Positions 36,906 through 48,547 of a stretch of DNA of 59,593 nt are shown here, piece by piece. Source of the stretch: an uncultured Faecalimonas sp. (GTDB lineage: Bacteria; Bacillota; Clostridia; Lachnospirales; Lachnospiraceae); NCBI GenBank assembly GCA_964440185.1, contig CAYTRJ010000002.1, forward strand, positions 1 to 59,593, given 5' to 3'. The position numbers were made by a program, and so were the translations under genes. Positions within the stretch are counted from its first letter, which is position 1, and each line of letters starts with the position of its first letter. The notes beneath the pieces were generated by a model, which was not told the origin of the DNA, ran no database searches, and worked only from the letters and a program-made list of their open reading frames with translations.

Positions 36906-37857
36906 AAACACGCTGACTCCTTCTTAACAAAATAATAAACATAGGGCCTCCTATAACTGCCATGATAATGGCCGAAGAAATCTCATATGGATATGCTATA
37001 GTTCTTCCAATTGTATCTGCGAGTAAAAAAATGCTTGCTCCTAATATTGCACTATATGGTATTAAGATTTTGTGATTACTTCCCACAAGCAATCTCGCAA
37101 TATGCGGTACGATCAACCCTAGAAAACTCACGCTTCCAACAACTGCCGTAAATATACTTGCCATCAAAACTGCGATCAAAGAAACCAGTATTCTTATACT
37201 ATTTACATTGACTCCTAATGAATGCAATGTCTGATCTGATAATGCTAACAAATTACATTGGTTTGATACCAATATCGCCAAAATAATTGTAATCACAAAG
37301 TAGATCCCTAGCATTTTTACATCATCCCATGTTTTTAATGATATATTTGCATTTAAAATATTTCCATTTGTAACAGCTGAAACGATTTCCATCAAACTGC
37401 TAAACACTGCATCAATTGCAATTCCTACCAAAATCAATCTGATTGGACTTGCACTGCCATTCCATGCCAGTAAATACACCAGTATAAATGCAATCATTCC
37501 TCCAGCAAATGAGAAAATTGGCGTTAGCATTGCTATTGCCGGAAAACATACTGGAATAACAGCCGCAGCTAAGCCTGCACCCGATGTAATTCCAATGATT
37601 CCTGGATCTGCCAATGGATTTTTCAAAACTGCCTGCATCAAAACACCTGACATTGCCATAATCGCTCCACCTAACAAAGCAACAATGATACGTGGAAATC
37701 GTAATTCATAAATAATTGCAACGTTTTCATCGTAGGACACAAACAATCCTTTTAGTAACTGTGGCAGGCTTGTCTTGATCCCACCTGTATTGATTGCCCA
37801 AAAAGCAATTCCTATCGTGAGAACTATTGTTAAGAGAAAAATTCCAAACTTTTTCAT
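36898..37857 (-). CDS. FecCD-family permease (IsdF-like)
   Basis: LRFPR, NPLADPGIIG, FLGLIVPH; start moved to MKKFG (ATGA overlap with the upstream gene). Confidence 0.92.
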   Translation of the reverse strand: MKKFGIFLLTIVLTIGIAFWAINTGGIKTSLPQLLKGLFVSYDENVAIIYELRFPRIIVALLGGAIMAMSGVLMQAVLKNPLADPGIIGITSGAGLAAAVIPVCFPAIAMLTPIFSFAGGMIAFILVYLLAWNGSASPIRLILVGIAIDAVFSSLMEIVSAVTNGNILNANISLKTWDDVKMLGIYFVITIILAILVSNQCNLLALSDQTLHSLGVNVNSIRILVSLIAVLMASIFTAVVGSVSFLGLIVPHIARLLVGSNHKILIPYSAILGASIFLLADTIGRTIAYPYEISSAIIMAVIGGPMFIILLRRSQRVYG

Positions 37858-38774
37858 TTTGTATCTCCATGTAAGATCGGTTTTAGGTATGTTAAGGATT
37901 CCTTCCAATCAAATGTTGCACTCATACCGAACATTTCTGATGACAAATAATAAATTTCGTCATTTTTTACTGCATCATAATAGCCCCATGTACTATTTTC
38001 TTTGAATTCCTTTTTCATATACGCAAAAGCTGCATCCTCATTATAATGAGCAAATACAAAAATTTTATCTGGATTCTTTTGAATCATTTCCTCCGGACTA
38101 ACGGAAACAACTCCGCTTTCATCTCCTTGATATTCTGCAAAAACATTATTTCCACCAGCCAACGCTACTAGATTTCCAACATAAGATTTTTCTGTTGCAA
38201 CAAGATAAAATCCATCTGGAAAGGTCATAATGATCATACAGTCTTCATCACTCTTCCCACCTGAATTATAATCTTCTATATATGCTTCATAATCTTTCAT
38301 CAGTTTTTCTGCTTGTTCTTCTCTCCCAAGCAAATCCCCCAGCATTTCAATGCCTTCATACATGCCTTGCACACTACTCATATCCAAAAATTCGGCTGTA
38401 ATTCCAGCATCTTCATATTGCTCTCCTAAAGATGCTTCTAGTGTTTTAGGCGAAAGTAGTAATTCTGTACCTACACTTTTTACAAGTTCTATGTCTGGAT
38501 TCATTGCTCCACCAATCGTTGCCACTTCTGCATAGATTTCAGGAAGATGATTCGATGTTTCCGGAACGCCTACTACATTGTCATATTCAAGCGCTTCTAA
38601 AATTTCTGCTATTGCTACCGATGTTGTTGCTACTTTCACATCATTTTTAAGTAGATTTTCTTTCGTAATATCTTCCGCTGTATCTTTTGATGCATTTTGA
38701 GGTGCTGACGCACATGCTAATAAACTTCCAGCACACATAATACTTAGTAATACTAATTTTATTTTTTTGAACAT
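37854..38774 (-). CDS. Heme/iron-chelate-binding lipoprotein (IsdE-like)
   Basis: Lipobox LLAC; VATTSVAI.EIL, VVGVP, GGAMNPDIE, FGMSA, typical of IsdE-type SBPs. Confidence 0.8.
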   Translation of the reverse strand: MFKKIKLVLLSIMCAGSLLACASAPQNASKDTAEDITKENLLKNDVKVATTSVAIAEILEALEYDNVVGVPETSNHLPEIYAEVATIGGAMNPDIELVKSVGTELLLSPKTLEASLGEQYEDAGITAEFLDMSSVQGMYEGIEMLGDLLGREEQAEKLMKDYEAYIEDYNSGGKSDEDCMIIMTFPDGFYLVATEKSYVGNLVALAGGNNVFAEYQGDESGVVSVSPEEMIQKNPDKIFVFAHYNEDAAFAYMKKEFKENSTWGYYDAVKNDEIYYLSSEMFGMSATFDWKESLTYLKPILHGDTK

Positions 38775-38797
38775 TGTGTCCTCCTGTACTTACTTTT

Positions 38798-38813
38798 GTT
38801 AGTTTTATCTAAC
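38798..38813. promoter_or_regulatory. Palindromic operator, DtxR/IdeR/MntR-like
   Basis: GTTAG-ttttat-CTAAC just upstream of the RBS of the iron/heme operon. Confidence 0.55.
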
Positions 38814-38993
38814 CTTGCAATAAAAAAAAGTGAATCACACTCAATTCAATCACATTCGTGATTTTAGCATGCTCACTTTTTCTTGTATACTATCTAATTG
38901 TAGCGTATTTGCAACAAGAATGCCTGTTGTTAAATTTATTTTTTATTTTCCTCAGAATTTTCAAGAATTTCTCTTGTTGCATATTTGCAATAT

Positions 38994-39731
38994 TTAGCGA
39001 TAATAAATTTCCATCAACATCAATCCATGTGCAGGTGCAGTTACTCCTGCTGCCTTGCGATCTTTCGCTTCTAAAATTTCTTTCACCTTCACTGGTTCAT
39101 AATATCCACGTCCTACACGAATTAATGTTCCCACGATAATTCTCACCATATTGTAAAGAAATCCATTTCCTGTAATGCGAATTGTAATTTCATTTCCGTT
39201 CGTGAGAATATCTAAAGCAGTAATCGTACGAACTGTATTCTCTACATCTGTGCGCACATTACAAAAACTTACAAAATCATGTTCTCCTACAAGATAACTT
39301 GCAGCCTCTTTCATATGATCTATATTCAAGTCATAAGAGACAAAATAGTTCGTAAGACGTTTTGTTGGAATCGGAATTCTCGTATTAATAATATGATACT
39401 CATAAGTTTTACTGCAATCACAGTATCTTGGATGAAAATCAAGAGGTACTTCTTCTGACTTTGTGATCACAATATCGTCTGGAAGTCGTTGATTTAAAGC
39501 AATCGCTATCTTCTCTGGTGGAATTGTTGTCTCTGTGTCAAAAACTGCCACATTTCCCATGGCATGTACTCCTGAGTCTGTACGGCTTGCTCCTATTACC
39601 AAGATTGGTTCTCCCATTAATTTTTGAAGTGCTTTATTAAGCACTTCTTCTACCGTTATTCCATTTGGCTGAATCTGCCATCCACAATAATTTGTCCCAT
39701 CGTACGCTATCGTTAATTTTATTCTCTTCAT
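38994..39731 (-). CDS. truA: tRNA pseudouridine(38-40) synthase TruA
   Basis: YDGTNYCGWQ, SRTDSGVHA, GFLYNMVR, TAPAHGL. Confidence 0.97.
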   Translation of the reverse strand: MKRIKLTIAYDGTNYCGWQIQPNGITVEEVLNKALQKLMGEPILVIGASRTDSGVHAMGNVAVFDTETTIPPEKIAIALNQRLPDDIVITKSEEVPLDFHPRYCDCSKTYEYHIINTRIPIPTKRLTNYFVSYDLNIDHMKEAASYLVGEHDFVSFCNVRTDVENTVRTITALDILTNGNEITIRITGNGFLYNMVRIIVGTLIRVGRGYYEPVKVKEILEAKDRKAAGVTAPAHGLMLMEIYYR

Positions 39732-39734
39732 ATC

Positions 39735-40532
39735 TTATCTTCCAACCACCACAGCGATCACTATATAGCAGCTTGTAATAGCATAAGCTATATAATCTTT
39801 CTTCTGATATATCAATGGTTTCATCTTCGTGCGACCTTCTCCGCCACGATAACATCTTGCTTCCATCGCCATTGCTAGATCGTTCGCTCTGCGAAATGCC
39901 GATACAAATAATGGCACTAAAATCGGTATCATGGCTTTCGCCTTTTGGATGATATTTCCACTCTCCAAATCAGCTCCTCTTGCAATTTGTGCCTTCATGA
40001 TCTTATCTGTTTCTTCCAAAAGAATTGGAATGAAACGAAGTGCGATTGACATCATCATTGCAATTTCGTGAACTGGCAGCTTGATTTTTTGAAATGGCCA
40101 CAGCAAACGTTCGATACCATCTGTCAAAGCATTTGGTGTCGTTGTAAATGTCATTAGCGAAGATCCTAAAATCAAATAGATCAATCGAATTGCCATCAAA
40201 CAAGCAATTTTCAATCCTTCATCTGTAATCTGCAAAAATGCAAATTGCCATATAACATCTCCAGTCGTTGTCAAAAACAAATTAAATACAACTGTGATCA
40301 TCAACAGCATAATAATTGGTTTTAAACCTTTTACAATAAATTTAAATGGTACTTTTGATATCTTGATAACTGCTGCCAAAAATATAGTTGCTGCTACATA
40401 GCCCCAAATATTTTTGAACAAGAACAGTGAAATTAGATAAAGCAACGTACACATAATCTTAACTCTCGGGTCAAGTCGGTGCAATTTACTATTTGCAGGG
40501 TAATATTGCCCAATTGTAATATCTCTAATCAT
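39735..40532 (-). CDS. ecfT: ECF transporter transmembrane component EcfT
   Basis: LDPRVK, ALRFIP, AQIARG, AMEARCY. Confidence 0.95.
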   Translation of the reverse strand: MIRDITIGQYYPANSKLHRLDPRVKIMCTLLYLISLFLFKNIWGYVAATIFLAAVIKISKVPFKFIVKGLKPIIMLLMITVVFNLFLTTTGDVIWQFAFLQITDEGLKIACLMAIRLIYLILGSSLMTFTTTPNALTDGIERLLWPFQKIKLPVHEIAMMMSIALRFIPILLEETDKIMKAQIARGADLESGNIIQKAKAMIPILVPLFVSAFRRANDLAMAMEARCYRGGEGRTKMKPLIYQKKDYIAYAITSCYIVIAVVVGR

Positions 40533-40541
40533 GTAACTCTC

Positions 40542-42314
40542 CTATTGTCTTTTAAATGCTTTTACAATTTCTTCCACTGCTTCCTCAATCGTAGTGGCTT
40601 CTGTACTTACCTCTAAGCCTTTTTCCGCAAGTGTATACATTATATACGTCACTTGTGGTGCTGCAAGTCCCACTGTCTCTAATTCTTTATAATGTGAAAA
40701 GACCGTCTTTGGATCTGCATCAAACATCTTTATTCCTTTGTTCATTACTACAATGCGATCTACATATTTTGCAATATCTTCCATGCTATGTGAAACAAGG
40801 ATTACTGTTAAATTTCCTTCTTTTTGTAAATATGCAATCTGGTCTAAGATTTCATCACGACCTTTTGGATCAAGTCCTGCTGTTGGCTCATCTAAGACTA
40901 AAACTTTTGGTTTCATTGCAAGTACACCAGCAATGGCAACTCTTCTCTTCTGTCCACCCGACAGATCAAAAGGAGAGGATTCATAATATTTCTCTGGAAG
41001 CCCTACCAGAGCTAACGCTTCTAATGCTCGCTCTTTACATTCTTCTAGCGAAAGCCCTTGATTTTTCGGTCCGAAGCAAACATCTGTAAGTACATCTGCT
41101 TCGAATAGTTGATGTTCTGGATATTGGAATACCAGTCCTACATTATTACGCAATTCCTTCAGGTTATATTTATCTGCATAAATATTTTCACCTTTATAAT
41201 ACAACGCTCCATTTGTTGCTCGCATCAACCCATTCAAATGTTGAATCATTGTGGATTTTCCCGATCCAGTGTGACCGATCACCCCAATAAATTCCCCTTC
41301 ATAAATATCCAGTGACACATCTTTCAACGCATGTTTTTCATATGCAAATCCCGGATTATAAATGTAATTGATATGATCCAATTTTAAAATTGGCTGCTCT
41401 TTTGTATCATGTACTTGGATTTTCGCTTTTTTTTCTGTAAATAGCTGATTTTTTTCAAATGAAACGCCACATGTAGTAAGTGCTTCTACTAATTCTTCTG
41501 TTGTTAAAATACCATTTGGTATCTGAAATCCTTTTTTCTGTAGTTCATGCGCAAGTAGTGTTACCTGCGGAACATCTAAGCGATATTGCTTCAACAATTC
41601 TACTTGACTGAAGATTTCACGCACTGTTCCTTCCATCACCACATGCCCTTTATCCATAACAAACACTTTATCCGCACCGATTACTTCTTCCATGTAGTGT
41701 GTGATCAAAATAACCGTTACTTGTTCTTTTTTTCGAAGTTCTTCAATCGTTCGAAGTACTTCCTTTCTTCCATTCGGATCAAGCATGGCTGTCGGTTCAT
41801 CCAAAATAATACATTTTGGCCGCATAGCTACAACACCTGCGATTGCAACACGTTGCTTTTGTCCACCCGATAATTTATTTGGAGAATGGTGGCGATACTC
41901 TATCATCCCAACTGCTGATAAACTTTCTTCTACACGTTTCCAAATATCTTCTGTTGGAACACCTAAGTTTTCAGGCCCAAATCCTACATCTTCTTCTACC
42001 ACTGTTCCAATAATCTGATTATCTGGATTTTGAAATACCATTCCCGCTGTCTGACGAGTAATCCAAAGATTTTCTTCTTCTTTTGTATCTTTTCCATTTA
42101 CCCACATCGTTCCTTCATTTGGAACTAAGATTGCATTCATATGCTTTGCCAGCGTAGATTTTCCAGAACCATTATGTCCTAGTATGGCAATAAATTGTCC
42201 CGGCTCTATATTTAGGTTCACCTCATCAATGGCACGTCGCGTTCCAATGACATTTCCCTCGTCGTCGCGCTTCTCATACTCAAATACTAAATTGTTTGTT
42301 TTAATCATGCTCAT
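40542..42314 (-). CDS. ecfA: ECF transporter ATPase, fused EcfA1-EcfA2
   Basis: Two NBDs: [23 protein letters not shown] and [25 protein letters not shown]. Confidence 0.93.
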   Translation of the reverse strand: MSMIKTNNLVFEYEKRDDEGNVIGTRRAIDEVNLNIEPGQFIAILGHNGSGKSTLAKHMNAILVPNEGTMWVNGKDTKEEENLWITRQTAGMVFQNPDNQIIGTVVEEDVGFGPENLGVPTEDIWKRVEESLSAVGMIEYRHHSPNKLSGGQKQRVAIAGVVAMRPKCIILDEPTAMLDPNGRKEVLRTIEELRKKEQVTVILITHYMEEVIGADKVFVMDKGHVVMEGTVREIFSQVELLKQYRLDVPQVTLLAHELQKKGFQIPNGILTTEELVEALTTCGVSFEKNQLFTEKKAKIQVHDTKEQPILKLDHINYIYNPGFAYEKHALKDVSLDIYEGEFIGVIGHTGSGKSTMIQHLNGLMRATNGALYYKGENIYADKYNLKELRNNVGLVFQYPEHQLFEADVLTDVCFGPKNQGLSLEECKERALEALALVGLPEKYYESSPFDLSGGQKRRVAIAGVLAMKPKVLVLDEPTAGLDPKGRDEILDQIAYLQKEGNLTVILVSHSMEDIAKYVDRIVVMNKGIKMFDADPKTVFSHYKELETVGLAAPQVTYIMYTLAEKGLEVSTEATTIEEAVEEIVKAFKRQ

Positions 42315-42403
42315 CGCGTTACCCTTCCTTATCTGCTTATCTGGTTTATTTTACTTCATCTGTGTATGATTTTCAAGCCATTCTATCAATCAATCCTATG
42401 CAT

Positions 42404-42436
42404 AAAAAATGGAAGTGCCAAACTTCGGCACTTCCA
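42404..42436 (-). terminator. Terminator after the cyclophilin gene
   Basis: TGGAAGTGCC/GGCACTTCCA stem plus T-run. Confidence 0.85.
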
Positions 42437-42458
42437 CCTTAATTTTATTTATATTATC

Positions 42459-42977
42459 CTAACACTTTTCTGGTTCTGGATATTCTACACCTTGTGTATC
42501 CACTGTAACAGTTTTCATCACTTGACCCACGATTGGTCTATCTCTGAAATCTGTTGCTGTTTCAGCAATTTTATTCACAACGTCCATTCCTTCTATGATT
42601 TTCCCAAATGCAGCATATGCGCCATCTAAATGTGGTGAAGTTTCGTGCATGATGAAAAATTGTGATCCTGCTGAGTTTGGACTCATTGCACGTGCCATAG
42701 AAAGAACACCTGGTGTATGTTTCAAATCATTTTGGAATCCATTTTGTGTAAATTCTCCTTTGATTTGGTATCCTGGTCCACCCATTCCAGAGCCTTCTGG
42801 ACATCCCCCTTGAATCATGAAGCCACGAATCACACGATGGAAGATCAATCCATCATAATATCCTTTTTTTACTAATGAGATAAAATTATTTACAGTATTT
42901 GGAGCAACTTCTGGATATAATTCTGCTTTCATAATGTCGCCATTTTCCATTTCAAATGTAATAATTGGATTTGCCAT
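42459..42977 (-). CDS. ppiB: Cyclophilin-type peptidyl-prolyl cis-trans isomerase
   Basis: FHRVIRGFMIQGG, SMARA, SAGSQFFI, HLDG.YAAFG. TTGACA-17-TAAAAT promoter at 43013-43041. Confidence 0.93.
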   Translation of the reverse strand: MANPIITFEMENGDIMKAELYPEVAPNTVNNFISLVKKGYYDGLIFHRVIRGFMIQGGCPEGSGMGGPGYQIKGEFTQNGFQNDLKHTPGVLSMARAMSPNSAGSQFFIMHETSPHLDGAYAAFGKIIEGMDVVNKIAETATDFRDRPIVGQVMKTVTVDTQGVEYPEPEKC

Positions 42978-43046
42978 AATATAATTCCTTTCGTATATAA
43001 ATTTCTTTTCTTATTTTAGTATTGTCCTTTTCATTTGTCAACGTTA

Positions 43047-43280
43047 CTAGTCTAACCCCAAGATTTCTCCTAACACCTCGATAATAATCTCATTTGTACA
43101 TGATTTCATGTATCCCATCATGTGAAGTGAAATCTCATCTTGCTTCTGTGCCTCTGTCAAATCAGGGTTTTTCTTTGTCTGATCGATCAATTGTATCAAC
43201 TGTGGTGTTAATTCTTCATACATTTCCACAGTTGTGTCTGTCACTAGCTTTCTCAATGCTTCTTTTGTTGTTGGTACCAT
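43047..43280 (-). CDS. Small helical hypothetical protein
   Basis: 77-aa ORF with a GGAG RBS directly downstream of smpB. Confidence 0.7.
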   Translation of the reverse strand: MVPTTKEALRKLVTDTTVEMYEELTPQLIQLIDQTKKNPDLTEAQKQDEISLHMMGYMKSCTNEIIIEVLGEILGLD

Positions 43281-43291
43281 ACGTCTTTCTC

Positions 43292-43759
43292 CTAATCTAA
43301 ATTTCTGATCTTGAAATCTCGTTGTGCTTCACGCTGTTGGTCTTTTTTGGCAATATCATTACGTTTGTCGTAAAGTTTCTTCCCTTTTGCAAGACCAATC
43401 TCTACTTTCACTAGACTTCCCTTTAAATATACTTTCAAAGGAACTAATGTCATTCCCTTTTCTTTAATCTTACCTACGATTTTGTTAATTTCTGAGCGAT
43501 GAAGCAATAATTTTTTCACACGTAATGGATCTTTGTTGAAAATATTTCCTTTTTCGTAAGGGCTTACATGCATTCCATATACAAATACTTCATTGTTTTC
43601 TATACGAATAAAAGCTTCTTTGATGCTGCATTTCCCCATACGAAGTGATTTCACTTCTGTTCCATGTAATGCAATTCCTGCTTCATATGTGTCTAAAATA
43701 AAAAAATCATGATATGCTTTTTTATTATTCGCAATAAGTTTTACAGATTCTTTCGCCAT
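43292..43759 (-). CDS. smpB: SsrA-binding protein SmpB
   Basis: [34 protein letters not shown]. Confidence 0.98.
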   Translation of the reverse strand: MAKESVKLIANNKKAYHDFFILDTYEAGIALHGTEVKSLRMGKCSIKEAFIRIENNEVFVYGMHVSPYEKGNIFNKDPLRVKKLLLHRSEINKIVGKIKEKGMTLVPLKVYLKGSLVKVEIGLAKGKKLYDKRNDIAKKDQQREAQRDFKIRNLD

Positions 43760-43764
43760 CGTAT

Positions 43765-45891
43765 CTATTCCTTTCTAGCAAATCTAAAATCAATGGTGCG
43801 TTGTAACTTATCCACATCTAGGACCTCCACATGCACAGTTTGTCCCAATTTATAGGTTTTTCCTGTACGTTCTCCCACCATTTCATAATTTTCTTCAATA
43901 TAATTATAATGGTCATCCGTCATATTTGTCACGTGAATTAATCCTTCAATCGTATTCGGAAGTTCGACATAAACACCCCATTTTGTCACACTAGAAATCA
44001 CACCTTCAAATATTTCTCCAATGCGTTCTTCCATGTACTCCACTTTTTTCAATTTGATTGTTTCTCTTTCCGCCTCTTCTGCTACACGTTCTCTTTCACT
44101 TGCATTTTTTGCAACTTCATCTAAAATTGCTTCATAATGTGCCCTTCGGTCTGCATTCATACGTCCACGCAAATTTTCTTTGATGATTCGATGGATCTGC
44201 AAATCTGGATAACGTCTGATTGGCGATGTAAAATGACAATAATACTGTGCTGCCAAACCAAAATGCCCTGTGTTTTCTGTTGTATATCGAGCTTGTTTCA
44301 TAGAGCGAAGTGCAAGACGGCTGATCAACATCTCTTCATCACTGCCTTCTACTTTCGCAAGTAATTTCTGTATTTCTTTTGGCCGCACTTCTTTATTCGC
44401 AATATGCATAGAATGTCCAAAATTATTGATAAAGGTAGCTAACTTTTTAATCTTGTCTTCATCTGGTGTCTCATGTGTACGATATACAAACGGGATTTCC
44501 TGCCAGAAATAGTCTTCTGCCACTGTTTCATTTGCAAGCAGCATAAATTCTTCGATAATCTTTGTTGCAACATTTCTATCATATGGTTTGATGTCGATCG
44601 GTCTTCCCTTTTCATCTAAGATCATCTTTGTTTCAGGAAAGTCAAAATCAATCGATCCTCTCTGTTTTCTCTTTCCCCTCAAAATTGCAGCTAGTTCTTC
44701 CATCAATTGGAACATTGGGACAAGTTCCTCATAACGTGCGATTTCTTCCGCATCTTGTTCTGCCAAAATCTTTTTCACACTCGTATAAGTCATACGTTCA
44801 TCAATGTGTACCACTGTTTCAGCAATCTTGTGATCGATAACAGTTCCCTTCTCATTGATTGTCATAATGCAGCTTAATGCCAAGCGATCCTCGCCTGCAT
44901 TTAAAGAGCAAATACCGTTTGATAGTGCATGAGGCAGCATTGGGATCACTCGATCTACTAGGTAAACACTCGTTCCACGTTTATATGCTTCCCTATCTAA
45001 AGCACTTTTTTCTTGCACATAATTTGTAACATCTGCGATGTGCACCCCTAGAACATAATGCTCGCCATCTTTTCGAATCGAAATAGCATCATCCAAGTCT
45101 TTTGCATCTTCTCCATCAATCGTAACCATCGTCCAATCACGCAGATCCATACGACCTGCCATGTCTGCACTGCTTACCTCTTTTGCGACACGCTCTGCTT
45201 GATTTAAGATCTTTTCACCAAATCCAGTTGGCAGATCATATCCTTTCACAATCGACATAATATCTGTTCCTGGATCATTAACATGTCCAATAATCTCAAT
45301 TACTTTTCCTTCAGGTTTTTTATTTTCTCCACCGTATTTTGTCAATTCCACAACAACTTTATGCCCTGTCATTGCACCTTTTGAACGTTCCAATGGCACA
45401 TAAACATCTTTAATAAATTTCTGATTATCTGGTAAAACAAATCCAAAATTCTTGTTTCTTTGAAAATATCCTACAAGTGTTGTCGTGCCATGTTCCAGCA
45501 CTTTCACAATCTTTCCTTCTTTACGTTTCCCTAATGGGGTAGCTTTGATCACAACTTCTACAACATCATTATGAAATGCTCCGTTTCGATCATCTTCTGA
45601 TATAAAAATATCTTCCTCTTCACCTTCCACGATCACAAATCCGAATCCTCTTGCATGTGCCGTATATGTTCCAATCATTTTCTTCGCTTCACCCTTGGTA
45701 TATTTCCCTTTTGCAGAAACATGCACTTTCCCTTCTGCTTCCAAACTTTGCAGCACTGCTCTTAATGCATCTCGTTCTTCCTTCGGAACTTGAAGGACCA
45801 TCGCAATCTCTTTGAATTTCATTGGTACATAAAATTCATCACAAATAAAATCATATATAACTTTTTTTCTTTTTTCAAATGTACGATCCAT
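43765..45891 (-). CDS. rnr: Ribonuclease R
   Basis: [26 protein letters not shown]-terminal S1 domain. Confidence 0.97.
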   Translation of the reverse strand: MDRTFEKRKKVIYDFICDEFYVPMKFKEIAMVLQVPKEERDALRAVLQSLEAEGKVHVSAKGKYTKGEAKKMIGTYTAHARGFGFVIVEGEEEDIFISEDDRNGAFHNDVVEVVIKATPLGKRKEGKIVKVLEHGTTTLVGYFQRNKNFGFVLPDNQKFIKDVYVPLERSKGAMTGHKVVVELTKYGGENKKPEGKVIEIIGHVNDPGTDIMSIVKGYDLPTGFGEKILNQAERVAKEVSSADMAGRMDLRDWTMVTIDGEDAKDLDDAISIRKDGEHYVLGVHIADVTNYVQEKSALDREAYKRGTSVYLVDRVIPMLPHALSNGICSLNAGEDRLALSCIMTINEKGTVIDHKIAETVVHIDERMTYTSVKKILAEQDAEEIARYEELVPMFQLMEELAAILRGKRKQRGSIDFDFPETKMILDEKGRPIDIKPYDRNVATKIIEEFMLLANETVAEDYFWQEIPFVYRTHETPDEDKIKKLATFINNFGHSMHIANKEVRPKEIQKLLAKVEGSDEEMLISRLALRSMKQARYTTENTGHFGLAAQYYCHFTSPIRRYPDLQIHRIIKENLRGRMNADRRAHYEAILDEVAKNASERERVAEEAERETIKLKKVEYMEERIGEIFEGVISSVTKWGVYVELPNTIEGLIHVTNMTDDHYNYIEENYEMVGERTGKTYKLGQTVHVEVLDVDKLQRTIDFRFARKE

Positions 45892-45914
45892 CTATTTTCC
45901 CTTTCCTATAATGT

Positions 45915-45949
45915 AAAAAAACACTCTTATTTGAATTATAAGAGTGTTT
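45915..45949 (-). terminator. Terminator after secG
   Basis: AAACACTCTTAT-N7-ATAAGAGTGTTT plus T-run. Confidence 0.8.
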
Positions 45950-45963
45950 CGTCATTCATTTTC

Positions 45964-46206
45964 CTATGCAAAAACTTTTAAGTTTAATACTACTGCAAAT
46001 AATACAAATAATACTGCAGCAACTCTAGTACCTTTTACTAATGCACCTTCCATAGAACGTCCCTTATTTTGTCCCCAATAAGAATCAGCAGCTCCACTAA
46101 TTGTTCCAAGTCCTGCTTGCTTTCCTTCTTGAAGTAATACGAGCACCGTTAAAACGATACAGTCTATAGCAAATAAAATTGTAAGAATTGTTTTTAAAAT
46201 ATCCAT
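45964..46206 (-). CDS. secG: Preprotein translocase subunit SecG
   Basis: Two TM segments, VLLQEGKQAGLG; eno-secG-rnr-smpB synteny. Confidence 0.95.
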   Translation of the reverse strand: MDILKTILTILFAIDCIVLTVLVLLQEGKQAGLGTISGAADSYWGQNKGRSMEGALVKGTRVAAVLFVLFAVVLNLKVFA

Positions 46207-46276
46207 CTTCATACCTCCTACGTATATAACATGAATATATTAGCATAATAACCCAAAATCTGCAAGCTTTTCTTCT

Positions 46277-47542
46277 TTAAATTGTTGCTTGTATCCCAAG
46301 ATTTTCTTCAATTCGTAATAATTGGTTATATTTTGCAGTACGTTCTCCCCTACATGGTGCTCCTGTTTTGATCTGTCCTGTCTGAAATGCAACTGCCACT
46401 TCAGCAATAAATGTATCCTCTGTTTCCCCTGAACGGTGCGATATAATCGTTCCATAACCTGCTTTTTTTGCCATTTCAATTGCTTCAATTGCTTCTGTTA
46501 CACTTCCAATCTGATTTAATTTGATCAAGATAGCATTTGCAACACCTTTTTCTATTCCTTTCTGCAGTCGTTCTTTATTTGTAACAAATAGGTCATCACC
46601 AACCAATTGTACCTGTTTCCCGACTGCTTTTGTCAACATTTCCCAGCCTTCCCAATCCTCTTCATCCATTGGGTCTTCTATGGAGATAATTGGAAATTCC
46701 TCAATTAGCTCCTGATAATAATAAATCAGTTCTTCCGAAGACAAGATTTTATCTTCTCCTCGAAAAACATATTTCTTAAACTCCACATTATAAAGTTCCG
46801 AAGCTGCCACATCTAATGCAAACGCTACTTCTTTTCCCAATTGATATCCCGCTTTTTCTACAGCTACCGATAATGCCAAAAGAACCTCTCTTGCACTTGC
46901 AAACTCAGGAGCAAAACCACCCTCATCCCCTACCGTTGTATATTGTTCACTCTCTTGTAACGTTGTTTTTAACTTATGATAGATTTCCGTTCCCATCTGC
47001 AATGCTTCCTGAAAGCTTTTTGCGCCAATAGGCACAATCATAAATTCTTGAATATCAATGGAGTTATTAGCATGACACCCTCCATTTAAAATATTCATCA
47101 TTGGAATTGGTAAACGTCTTGCACATGCTCCCCCTAAATATCGATGCAGCGGAATTTGTAATGCTTTTGCTGCTGCTTGTGCCACTGCCATAGACACTCC
47201 TAGGATTGCATTAGCACCTAAATTCTCTTTATTTGCGGTTCCATCTATTTGCAGCATCATCTGATCTATTTTTGTCTGTTCTAGTACATTTGTCCCAATT
47301 AATTCCGGTGCAATCTTTGTATTCACATGGTCTATGGCTAATTGCACTCCTTTTCCAGCATAGCGACTACCCCCATCACGTAACTCGATCGCCTCGAACA
47401 TGCCAGTAGATGCCCCAGATGGAACACTTGCTCTTCCACAAATCCCTTCTCCTGCCAGTACCTCTACCTCTACGGTTGGATTTCCTCTGGAATCCAGTAT
47501 TTCTCTTGCGTAGATATCTTTAATAGGTATAAATCGATACAT
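46277..47542 (-). CDS. eno: Enolase
   Basis: [50 protein letters not shown]. Confidence 0.96.
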   Translation of the reverse strand: MYRFIPIKDIYAREILDSRGNPTVEVEVLAGEGICGRASVPSGASTGMFEAIELRDGGSRYAGKGVQLAIDHVNTKIAPELIGTNVLEQTKIDQMMLQIDGTANKENLGANAILGVSMAVAQAAAKALQIPLHRYLGGACARRLPIPMMNILNGGCHANNSIDIQEFMIVPIGAKSFQEALQMGTEIYHKLKTTLQESEQYTTVGDEGGFAPEFASAREVLLALSVAVEKAGYQLGKEVAFALDVAASELYNVEFKKYVFRGEDKILSSEELIYYYQELIEEFPIISIEDPMDEEDWEGWEMLTKAVGKQVQLVGDDLFVTNKERLQKGIEKGVANAILIKLNQIGSVTEAIEAIEMAKKAGYGTIISHRSGETEDTFIAEVAVAFQTGQIKTGAPCRGERTAKYNQLLRIEENLGIQATI

Positions 47543-47664
47543 ATTTTTTCCTCCCTTTTCATGTATATAGTATGTACCGATCTTGGCAAATTATCATTGA
47601 CTTTGTTATAACCCCGCGTTACAATTCGGGTAGATTAAATAAGTTACTAAAGCGGAGGGGAAAA

Positions 47665-48507
47665 ATGAGCGAAAAAACAAAACATTTTCTCATGTTAAAT
47701 GGAAGTATCTTCATTATGGCAATTGGAATTTACTTCTTCAAATTCACAAACAACTTCAGTTTCGGAGGGGTTACTGGACTTGCTGTATTAGTTGCCAAAA
47801 CAGGGCTTATCACTGCCAGTGATTTTTCTTTTGTCATGAATATGCTCCTTTTATTGATTGGACTTATCGTGCTCGGAAAAGGATTTGCAATCACAACTGC
47901 ATATAGTACGATTCTCTTATCCGTACTTTTATCTGGATTAGAACGTATCTGTCCAATGACAGCTCCTTTAACTGACCAGCCAATTCTAGAACTTGCATTT
48001 GCTATTGCTTTACCTGCGTATGCTTCTGCAATTCTATTCAACATCGGTTCTTCTAGTGGGGGAACAGATGTAGTCGCTGCAATCTTTAAAAAATATACCA
48101 GCGTAAATATTGGACGCGCACTTTTATATAGTGATGTTATTTTTACATTAGCAAGTTTCTTTGTATTCGATATTAAAACTGGACTCTATTCTTGTCTTGG
48201 TTTGGCAATTCGTTCAACTTTGATTGATAGTTTTATCGAAGGATTTAATCTTTCCAAATATTTCAATGTGGTATGCTCCGATCCCACACCAATTTGCGAA
48301 TTTATCACAGATGAATTAAATCGAAGCGCAACCATCGTGGATGCACAAGGTGCTTTTACGCATGAACAAAAATACATTATTTTCACAGCACTCAATCGTG
48401 CCCAAGCAGTTCGATTACGTAACTTTATCAAAAAGACGGAGCCTGGTGCTTTTATCTTAATCTCAAATACAAGTGAAATTATTGGAAAAGGATTCCATAC
48501 AGTATAA
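47665..48507 (+). CDS. YitT family membrane protein
   Basis: GGVTGL, SSGGTD, C-terminal DUF2179-like EIIGKGF; start moved to MSEK. Confidence 0.88.
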   Translation: MSEKTKHFLMLNGSIFIMAIGIYFFKFTNNFSFGGVTGLAVLVAKTGLITASDFSFVMNMLLLLIGLIVLGKGFAITTAYSTILLSVLLSGLERICPMTAPLTDQPILELAFAIALPAYASAILFNIGSSSGGTDVVAAIFKKYTSVNIGRALLYSDVIFTLASFFVFDIKTGLYSCLGLAIRSTLIDSFIEGFNLSKYFNVVCSDPTPICEFITDELNRSATIVDAQGAFTHEQKYIIFTALNRAQAVRLRNFIKKTEPGAFILISNTSEIIGKGFHTV

Positions 48508-48539
48508 AAAACGGATGGCTGCAGTAGCCATCCATTTTT
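48508..48539. terminator. Bidirectional terminator
   Basis: GGATGGCT-gcagt-AGCCATCC flanked by A and T runs. Confidence 0.8.
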
Positions 48540-48547
48540 ATGTTCTT

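Noticed and set aside
42978-43291. tmRNA (ssrA) next to smpB
   Set aside because: No GGGG...TCCACCA tRNA-like ends; the space holds a 77-aa ORF and the ppiB promoter.
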